This document shows positions 44,957 to 53,399 of a stretch of DNA of 64,000 nucleotides, in pieces. Each line of letters begins with the position of its first letter. Within the stretch, counting starts at the first letter, position 1. The stretch is taken from the NCBI GenBank assembly GCA_963844035.1, contig CAWJMT010000002.1, positions 25,780-89,779 on the forward strand, in the 5' to 3' direction. This DNA comes from an uncultured Gemmatimonadales bacterium (lineage in GTDB: Bacteria > Gemmatimonadota > Gemmatimonadetes > Gemmatimonadales > GWC2-71-9). The position numbers were made by a program, and so were the translations under genes. Below the pieces are notes generated by a model. That model saw only the letters and a program-made list of their open reading frames with translations. It had not been told where the DNA came from and did not search any database.

Positions 44957-45044
44957 AGCTGACAAGAGCAAATCCGTCGAAAGACGGTGACGCAGAGCTA
45001 CGGGACTAACGCGAGCTTCTCGCCACGTCCGCCGGGCCGCCAGC
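44957..45044 (+). promoter_or_regulatory. c-di-GMP-I (GEMM-I)-like riboswitch aptamer, copy 3 (first of a tandem pair)
   Basis: AGCUGACAAGAGCAAAUCCGUCGAAAGACGGUGACGCAGAGCUACGGGACUAACGCGAGCUUCUCGCCACGUCCGCCGGGCCGCCAGC. Confidence 0.72.
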
Positions 45045-45085
45045 ACATCGAGAAGTCATCGAGCTGGCGGCCGTTTCGTTTGTGG
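45035..45085 (+). terminator. intrinsic terminator/expression platform of riboswitch copy 3
   Basis: GGCCGCCAGC (45035-44) is perfectly complementary to GCUGGCGGCC (45063-72) and is followed by GUUUCGUUUGUGG. Confidence 0.65.
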
Positions 45086-45162
45086 AAGTAGTGGTGCTGT
45101 TCTGTTGTTCTGTTGTTCTGTCGCTAACACGTCTGTTCGGAAGGATCGCCCCTCCCCAAGAG

Positions 45163-45262
45163 GAGTGCGACAAGGGCATAGCCGGCGAAAGCCGGTGACG
45201 CAAAGCCCCGAGGCTACCGCGCGGATCAGCCGCGTCACGCCAGTCGAGCTGCCGAACCTCAC
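45163..45262 (+). promoter_or_regulatory. c-di-GMP-I (GEMM-I)-like riboswitch aptamer, copy 4 (divergent; second of the tandem pair; no obvious terminator)
   Basis: GGGCAUAGCCGGCGAAAGCCGGUGACGCAAAGCCCCGAGGCUACCGCGCGGAUCAGCCGCGUCACGCCAGUCGAGCUGCC. Ends about 24 nt before the ATG at 45286, next to the GAGGGG Shine-Dalgarno sequence. Confidence 0.55.
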
Positions 45263-45285
45263 TCTCCAGTCTCGAGGGGCGTACA

Positions 45286-48200
45286 ATGACGTCCACAAGT
45301 CGGTTGTCGATCCGACTGGCCATGGCCAGTCGCGCAACGGTAGTACTCAGCGCCGTCGCCAGCATGGCATGCGGTTTGGGGGATCCCTCAAGCAGCGTGT
45401 CCAGCAGGCCGACGTTCGCCACGCCTGGTGCAGCACCAGCCACGGTCTTGTTACAGGAATCCTTTGAGGATAACGCGTTTGCGTCGCGCGGCTGGTACGA
45501 CAATGCAAACCTAGCGACCACGACGGCCCAGCACGTCCCCGGGAGTACGCGCGCCCTGGAAGCTCACTTCACCCCCGGTGCGACCACGCCCACCTGGGGC
45601 GGCGCGGCGCGCCACCTGTTCACGCCGACCCCTACGCTGTATGTCAGCTATTGGGTCAAGTACAGCACCAATTGGGTGGGCTCGGGCCGCTCGTACCACC
45701 CGCACGAGTTCCTGGTGCTGAGCGATCAGGACGGCGATTGGGATGGCCCGTCGAACAACTGGCTGACGTTCTATGTCGAGCACAACTACCAGAACGGCGG
45801 CATCCCGCGGTTGGCGCTTGCAGGACAACAAGGCGATCAACACGACCTTGGGTGCCCTGCCACTGAACCTGGTCGAGCGCGACGGAGAATCGCTCGACCG
45901 CAGGGTGCAACGGCGTGGTGGAGCGAATGTCGTCACGACCTGCTTCAACATGCCGCCCTGGTACAACGACAAGGAGATACCGCCGCCCAGGTCGCGTTCC
46001 AGCCCAACCCTGGTCCAGGTTACAAGAGGCGACTGGAATCATGTCGAAGTCTATGCTCAACTGAACTCAGTGTCGGCGGGGATCGGCCAGGCCGACGGTG
46101 TATTGCAGTATTGGTTCAACGGCACGCTCGTGATCGACCGGCACGACATGCTGTTCCGCACTGGCGCGCGTCCCAATATCCAATTCCGCCAGTTCCTGAT
46201 CGCGCCGTACATCGGCGATGGCTCGCCGGTCGATCAGTACGCCTGGTTCGACGACCTCACCGTCGCCTCGGGGCAGATCGCCGGCGTCCCGAGTCCGTCG
46301 GTCTCGTTGGTGACGATCAATCCCGCCGTAGTCAGCGTAGTCGTCGTGCGGCACGACCCAGCTGGCGGCGACGGTCAATGATTCGGCCGGAAGCGCATTG
46401 GCCGGGCGTGCTTCCACGTGGGTGAGCAGTGCGCCCGCGGTTGCGACGGTGAGCGCGAGCGGGCTCGTGACGGGGATCGCCGCCGGGTCGGCACGATCAC
46501 GGCGACGAGCGAGGGGAAGAGTGCGACGGCGAGCCTCACGGCGACCAGCACCGCCACGAACCCGGGAACGGTGACCGACCTGAAGGTCGCGAGCGTGACG
46601 AACAACTCGGTGAGACGCTCACGTTCACCGAGGTGAACGACGGCAGCGGCAATCCGGCGAGTTACGACATCCGCGGGGCGGCCGGGACATTCGCGTGGGG
46701 GCTCGGCGGTCTCGGTATCGCAGGGCACGTGTGCGACGCCCGTGGCCGGGACGGCGATTGGCGCGGCGCGGAGCTGTACGCGCTCGGCTCGTCCCGCGAC
46801 CGCGTACCAGTTCCAGCTGGTGCCCTCCGGGACGCTCAACGTGAACGCGACGTTCGGCGCGCTCTCGAACGTGGCGAGTGGGACGACCGCTACGGGACCC
46901 GGGGCACCGCTGCCGGCGCTGGTGGCGACCGTGAGCGTGACTCCCGCCGCGGCAAACGTCACCGTTGGGTAGGGTCCCGTCAACTCGCGGCGACACCGGC
47001 CCAGCGGGGGCAGCGTGCTGACCGGCCGCACGGTCACGTGGGCGAGCAGTGCGCCCGGTGTGGCGACGGTGGACGCGGTGGCCGGTTACAGGACTCACGG
47101 CCCGCGCAGCACCATCACGGCCACGAGTGAAGGGAAGAGCGGGAGCGCCGCGATCGCCGTCGCCAGCGTCCCTGTGGCCACGGTGACGTGTGACTCCCTC
47201 GAGCGGGAGTGTCATGGTGGGGAGCACGCAGCAGTTCACGGCGACTCTCAAGGATGCGGGCGGCGTGACGCTCACCGGGCGGACGGTTGTGTGGGCGAGT
47301 AGTACACCCGCGGTTGCGACGGTGAGCGCGAGCGGGCTCGTGACAGGGATCGCCGCCGGGTCGACCACGATCACGGCGACGACCGAAGGGAAGAGTGCGA
47401 CGGCGAGCATAACGGTGACCAGCACCGCCACGAAACCGGGCGCGGTGACCGACCTGAAGGTCGCGAGCGTGACGAACAACTCGGTGACGCTCACGTTCAC
47501 CGAGGTGAACGACGGCAGCGGCAATCCGGCGAGTTACGACATCCGCGGGGCGGCCGGGACATTCGCGTGGTGGTCGGCGGTCTCGGTATCGCAGGGCACG
47601 TGTGCGGCGCCCGTGGCTGGCACGGCGATTGGGGCGAAGCGGAGTTGTACGGTGCTGGGGTTGAATGCGGCCACGGCCTACCAGTTTCAGCTGGTGGCAT
47701 TACGGGGGACGCTCAACGTGAACGCGACGTTCGGCGCGTTGTCGAACGTGGCGAGTGGGACGACCGTGACGGGACCCGGGGTGCCTCCGCCTCCGCCTCC
47801 AGCGCCGGTGGCGACCGTGAGCGTGACTCCAGCCGCGGCGAGCGTCACGGTTGGTGGGGACGGTGGCGCTGGCGGTAGCTTCTACGCGATGCCAGCGGGA
47901 ACGTGCTCGTCGGGCCGCGGGGTCACGTGGTCGTCCAATGCGCTCAGCGTGGCGACCGTGAACGTGAACGGGCTCGCGACGGCGCTGGTCGTCGGCTCGG
48001 CCGCGATCACGGCGACGAGCGAAGGCCAGAGCGGCACGGCCGCAGTGACCGGGCTGACCTCACCACCTCCACCCGCGGGCGGGGCGTGGGCGAATGAGCC
48101 GACCGGCTTTACGACGGTGACCGATTTCGGCTTCGACAACTTCAGTTCGGGCGGCTGGCGTACGAATTCCGGGCCGACCATTACGACGGATGCGAGTGCC

Positions 48201-48749
48201 CTGGTGTCGCCGTCGAACGTGGCCCAGTGGCGGTATCCGCAGGGGTTCGCCGCCGGCGCCTCGCCTGGGGACGGTCTACTACGGTCCGACCACGCCGGTC
48301 ACGGATCATTTCATTGCCTATGACTTCAAGTACTCGAATCCCTACAGCAACCAGGCGGTGGGGACCAAGCAGTGGTATCCCACAATGCGACGGCGGACTA
48401 CTTCGTGCTGTTCAACAGCAGCTCGAAGATCCAGGTGGACCTACAGGTGCCGGCGGCGCAGGGCGGGAGCTACAACCTGTATGCCAACGTGAACGATCCG
48501 ACGATTACGCTCGGTGTGTGGCACAAGTTTGAGATGTACTTCAAGCGCTCGAGCACTCCGACGACGGCGGATGGGATCGTGCGGTGGTGGATCGATGGGC
48601 AGTTGTGCGGCAGCTTCCACACGAACGTGAGATGGCCGAGCACTGGGTTCGACGAATTGCGGTTCTCACCGACGTGGGGAGGGTCGGCGGCAGCGTCGCG
48701 TTCAACAGCTTCTGGTGGGTCGATCACATTCACGTCAGCAAGGCCGTAG
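45286..48749 (+). CDS. large modular lipoprotein: N-terminal type-A lyase-like domain, Big_2 and FN3-like repeats, C-terminal type-B lyase-like domain; many frameshifts
   Basis: MTSTSRLSIRLAMASRATVVLSAVASMACG lipobox. The type-A domain (LQESFEDNAFASRGWYDN...YHPHEFLVLSDQDG...WFDDLTVA) is followed by Big_2 units, an FN3-like unit (PGTVTDLKVASVTNNSVTLTFTEVNDGSGNPASYDIR) present twice, and a type-B C-terminus (WANEPTGFTTVTDFGFDNFSSGGW...WVDHIHVS). Confidence 0.7.
46434..46965 (+). repeat. copy 1 of an about 870-bp-period internal duplication (Big_2 + FN3 module) in the 45286 gene
   Basis: Long near-identical nucleotide runs shared with 47307-47850, for example gtgagcgcgagcgggctcgtgac.gggatcgccgccgggtcg and ttcaccgaggtgaacgacggcagcggcaatccggcgagttacgacatccgcggggcggccgggacattcgcgtgg. 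Confidence 0.85.
47307..47850 (+). repeat. copy 2 of the internal duplication
   Basis: Offset of 873 nt from copy 1 (cccgcggttgcgacggtgagcgcgagcggg at 46434 and at 47307). Confidence 0.85.
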
Positions 48750-48794
48750 GGTTCAAGGCCCCTGCCGTAATGAGGGGGAGGGGTTTCTCTGGGA

Positions 48795-48826
48795 GGGCTG
48801 CCGCCCGGAGCGTTGGGCGGCGGCCC
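48795..48826 (+). terminator. GC-rich hairpin after the 45286 gene (terminator candidate without a clear U-tract)
   Basis: GGGCUGCCGCCC (48795-806), loop ggagcguu, GGGCGGCGGCCC (48815-826): 12 bp including one G-U pair. Confidence 0.4.
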
Positions 48827-48884
48827 GCCAAGAACGTCAAAAGTGTTGACCGTACCGGACCGCGGTGAAACATTAGGGGCGCGG

Positions 48885-49701
48885 ATGAGCCGGTTTGTGT
48901 GGTCGCACTCGCTGCGGACGAGGGTATCCCTCGTTCTCTTGTCAGGCCTCGTGCCACTCGCATGCGGCCCGTCGTCAGACTCGGATGGACCGTGGCCGAA
49001 CGAGCCCCGGGGCTACACCGTGTACTCCGACTGGGCGATGGATTCCGCGCCCCCCGCCAACATCCCCGACGGGCCTATCCGGGCACCAGCACCTGGCGTG
49101 CCCGAACAGGTCTGCCGGGGGACCCCGACGGCTGGATCGAGCTCGCTGCGGATGCAAGCGGTGCTCATTCGGCCACGGCCGTGTATCAGTTCGCGTACCC
49201 GACCGGGATGCGAGACGGTGCGGGTCCCGGGCAGATTTGGAGTGCCCTCCCCAATTTCAACCGCGTGTACGTTGGCTTTTGGTGGAAGCTGTCCGATCCG
49301 TGGCAGTATCACGACGTCGGCGATAAGCTCGGCTATTTGTGGGCCGGCAGCAGCAACATGTTCCTGATTCAGTATGGCAGTCCCCCCAGTCTGCGCTGCG
49401 TATGTGCAGTTCTTCGGTCTCTCAATGGCTCTATCCGAACGTCAACTCCACGACCGTCACTCGCGGCGTGTGGCATCGCGTCGAGCTCTTCGCTCAGTAC
49501 ATCCCGGGACAGAAGGGTCGCGTGAAATGGTGGCTCGACGGCGTGCTGCAGGGGGACTACGGGACGTGGTCTGCCGGCGCCATCCCCGGACAGTTCACTG
49601 AGTTGTCGTTTCGATCCGGTGCTGGGGCGGTAACAGACGGCTCAGTGAAGGGCGAGACGGATTACTTCTGGTTCGACGACATCCACATCAGCGGCCAGTA
49701 A
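48885..49701 (+). CDS. stand-alone type-B lyase-like jelly-roll lipoprotein; at least 2 frameshifts
   Basis: MSRFVWSHSLRTRVSLVLLSGLVPLACG lipobox; GPWPNEPRGYTVYSDWAMD; YQFAYPTGMRDGAGPGQIW...FWWKLSDPW; VWHRVELFAQYIPGQKGRVKWWLDGVL...YFWFDDIHISGQ. Confidence 0.65.
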
Positions 49702-51047
49702 CGTCCGGTGCGCCGGTCGCGTGACTTTGCGCAGCGCGATCGCGAGGGCGAGCAAGGCGTAGAGCATCCCTCGTGGTAGGCGGCGAGCGAAAGAACGCAC
49801 CGACGGCAAAGCCCAGCAGCGACGCAGCCAGCGCTTGTGGGCGAGGGCTCCCGCTCCGTTTGCGTGCATGGCGCGATCGCCGGGCGATCTCCCTGAGGGC
49901 TCGCCACGCCGTGGCGAGCATCAAGACAAACCACAAGAGACCTGGCACGCCGAGCTCTGCCCCAACCTGTACGTACGTGTTGTGCGCGGCGCTTCACTGA
50001 TCCGATCCCGGCGTTCTTGACGGGCTGCGAGAGGAGAATCGCGCCTTCAGCGACCGGGAAGTTATCGGCGCCGACGCGGGCTCCAAGGAATGGGTGTTGT
50101 CCATGTACCTGATGACCGCGCTTCCAGATGGCAACGCGTCCGCGTTCTTCGTTTCGTTGTAGTCCTCCTCGGAGTCGAAGATCGTGCTCATCTGAGTCCA
50201 GTATCGGTCGCTCGCGATTGCGAGGAACACCGCCGCGACGACCGCGACACCGAGCACGCGCCAGCGAATCGGGATCGTCGAGGTAGCGGAATAGGATGAA
50301 CAGCGCGACCGGCACCAAGGCGATGAAGCTCCCACGGGAGCCCGACCAAATGAATCCGACAATGAGCGCGCCCACGCCTGCGGCCGCGAGCAGCCGATTG
50401 AGAAGGGCTCGTCGCGCCAGCGTGAAGTACAAGCCGAGGGGCAGGGCGGTAACCACGAGGGTCGCGAAGTCGTTGGCGTCATAGTAATAGATGGTGCCGA
50501 GCCGCCAGGATGCTCCCCCGACATCGAAGCGAAGCAAGACCACCAGCGCGTACAATGCCGCGCCGGCGAAGTACATGAATGCCAGGCGCTCGACGTCCTT
50601 CGTATTCCGCACCGCTCCCACGATGAGTAGGTAGAGAATCACGGTCTTGATAAAGCGGTCCGTGAGGAGGTCGAATACGGCCCCGGGATACAGGGCACCA
50701 GGAATCGAAAGCGCGATCCACAACAGCAGTACCAGGAGGTACTTCGTCGTGGGCGCGAACAGCAGACCCAAACGCCGCGCCCCCGTGTGGTGGAGCGCGT
50801 ACAGGCAGATCGCGGCGGCTCCGCTGACAAGGGGCAACTTGACCAGCGTCAGGATGGGGAAGAGCTCGTGGATGCGACCGACGGCCGTGAGGAGGTGAAG
50901 GGCGATACAAACGAGCAGCAAGTCCCAAGCGCGGTCGCGGGCCTGGGGTATGGCGGGGCTCGGACTGGGCCTAACCTGCGGTCCAGGCCCCGCCGAGTGG
51001 GTGACGCCCGACATCGGACCTACCGCAAGCGTGCGACTAGCGTGCAA
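49688..51047 (-). CDS. O-antigen ligase/polymerase-like (Wzy_C) polytopic membrane protein; several frameshifts; 3-prime end uncertain
   Basis: Multiple TM helices (LLLVCIALHLLTAVGRI, YLLVLLLWIALSIPGALY, LYALVVLL), IWSGSRGSFIAL, and HNTYVQVGAELGVPGLLWFVLML by conceptual translation in the frame of ORF 49688..49948 (the listed ORF starts at MPGLLWFVLML). Confidence 0.65.
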
Positions 51048-52060
51048 GGATGCCTTCCGTCGTGCGCAGGGGCGCTATCACGGGCGTCGGACGCACGGGC
51101 GCCTCTTGGACCGTCACCGCCTGCTCGGCCGCCGCCAGGCAGGCGGCGGAGAGCGTCGCATCGTAGCGACGCGGACGGAGGATTGCCCAGGCGGCAAGCG
51201 GCTCCGGCAAGCGGCCACGCGCGGCAGCCAGCGCGAAGCGCGCCATCTGCAGTGCCGTCGCGATCAGGCTGATCGGGACCCACACAAGACGGCTGCGCCA
51301 CCCACGTGCGCGGAACGCATCGCGCAGGTTTCCCCTCGTTGCGATCGTGGGATCGAAGAGATTCAACACCGGAGGCGCCTGCTCGAATTCCGTGGCACAC
51401 CACGCGATCACTCCCGCGGCGCGCCCGACCTCGCAGGCTGCGAACGGCAGGCCGGGCCGCCCGAGCGCCAGATGCCAGGGACCGAAGAGACGGCGTCCCA
51501 CCAGTCCCGGAAGCTCGATGTGCTCCCAGTCGATCAACGCGCCCGGCCGGACGATTCGCGCGTCGATTGCTCCCGCGCGTTGCGCCGCCGTGACGACCTG
51601 CTCGGCGGTGCACTTGCCCCACGTGTAGGGTCCGAGCGTCTCCGATTTGGAGGCCACGGGCGTCCGTTCGTCCTGCCGTTCCCACGGGCTGTGGGGCGGC
51701 TCGAGCACTGAGAGACTGCTCACCAGCACGAGGTGGCGAACCCGTGCGGCAGCCATCGCGCCTACAAGGTTCTTGGTGGCGTCAACGGTATTCTTGCGAT
51801 GAGCGTCGATACCAGCTGCAGTCTCGGCGGCTGCGTGAACGACCACCGCTACGCCGTTGAGCGCGCCATCCGGGTACGCCCCGACTGAGATCGCCGCGGA
51901 TCCACTCGGCGAGGTGCGGGTTGTCGGGCGTCTCCGAGCGCCCGATGCCGCGAACCCGCCAGCCGCGCCGCGCGAGCTGCGCGACGATCTCGCGGCCAAG
52001 AAATCCGCTGGCTCCTGTCACCAACGCGAGCGGACGCTCTGCCGTGCGGCCCGACTTTCG
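51037..52060 (-). CDS. NAD-dependent epimerase/dehydratase (SDR) domain, in frame with the upstream Gfo/Idh/MocA region; frameshift near 51850-51990
   Basis: Rossmann motif ALVTGASGFLGREIVAQLARRGWRVRGIGR in ORF 51782..52588. The rest (VVVHAAAE...YTWGKCTAE...) is in ORF 51037..51999. Confidence 0.7.
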
Positions 52061-53126
52061 TGCGATGAGCGTGGCCGGCGAGGGCACCTGGTGGCGCACT
52101 GCGGTTACCAGCTCCTCGTAGATCTTGACGACGCGGTGCAGCTGGTCCGCGGGCACGGGAGACCTGCCCTCACCTCGCGATACCGCCCCGTAGAACGCGT
52201 CGAACAAGCCGGCGAGCCCAGCGTACCCCGCGCCGCGCTGAAAGCGTCGCGCGAGACTCGCGATCGACCGCCCGAACAGCTGTGTTGCTTCGACCAGCGG
52301 ATTCCCGAGTTTTTCGAGCGGCGACGTACCGTCATTGCCGGCGCCGATCACCATTCCCCGCACGAAGTCGGCCGTAACGGCGCCCCCACAGCCGGTAATC
52401 GTGAGCGAGGATGCCACTGGGCGCGCGCGCAAGCTGATCAACAATCGAGCGGTGACAGTCGGCCTGGCGCAGCAGCACGTGGAGCTCGATGGGGGTGGCG
52501 AGTACGGAAACGACCTCAGGGGTCGAACCGGCGGGAGCGACCCGTTCGAGCGCAGCGAGGAGCGTGTACAGGGGATGCGGCAGGACATCGAGCAGCTGGG
52601 CCGCCAGCGCGCGGACGCTAGCGCGATGGAGCGTCAGCGTGGGCGATCGGAACGCGAAGTAGCTGTCCACCCCAACGATGGGTCCGAGCGCGGCCGGCTT
52701 GGGTGAGCGCCTGCTCGAACGCGGGGTCGCGAAGCAGCTGGTGACCAGGACACACGAGGAGGCGTCGTTCCTGCGCCAGACGGAGCAGCTCGTCCGCCTC
52801 GGCTTCCGTCTCGACGAACGGCTTCTCGACGTAGACGTGGGCGCCGCCGAGCAGTGCTTGCCGCGCAACGTCGAAATGCGTCCCGGCCGGCGTGCAGATG
52901 TGCACGACATCAGGCTTACCCTCCGAGAGCAGCGCCGCCACCGTGCGGGTAGGGCGCGGCGTCGGCCCCGGCCTCGCGCGCGAAGTCGCCCGCCGCGGCG
53001 CGCGCTCACATCGCAGACCCCTGTGACGCGGTGACCGGTCGGCACGTGCCTCAGTGCCTGCAGATGGACGCGGGCCATGGCCCCCGCCCCGACAAAGGCA
53101 ATCCGCAGCTCGGTTCGGTTCGACAC
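52061..53126 (-). CDS. Gfo/Idh/MocA family oxidoreductase domain; frameshifted; no stop before the epimerase domain
   Basis: LRIAFVGAGAMARVHLQAL (ORF 52332..53183), PDVVHICTPAGTHFDVARQALLGGAHVYVEKPF (ORF 52618..52941), and a C-terminal part in ORFs 52332 and 51782. Confidence 0.7.
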
Positions 53127-53399
53127 GCTGCTCCTCGGGTTGATCGTTGGGATCCGGTGGCCGACTTCACGTCGCGCTCGCAACCATCACCGGCGCGCAC
53201 CGCACCATGCAAGACAGGCGCCACTCGTATGTCGTGACCCCGCAGGGGTTTCGCGTCATTTCTCAGGCTTTGGGGCTGGGAGTGTGGTAGGATTGCCACA
53301 CCTTCCTGCGCCCCGCTCCAGGCCCATGCTCCGGTACGGTAGGTGCAGTGGGGGGCGGGGCGTATACTGCTGTCGCACCGCGCAGTCCTGAGGAGGGAC

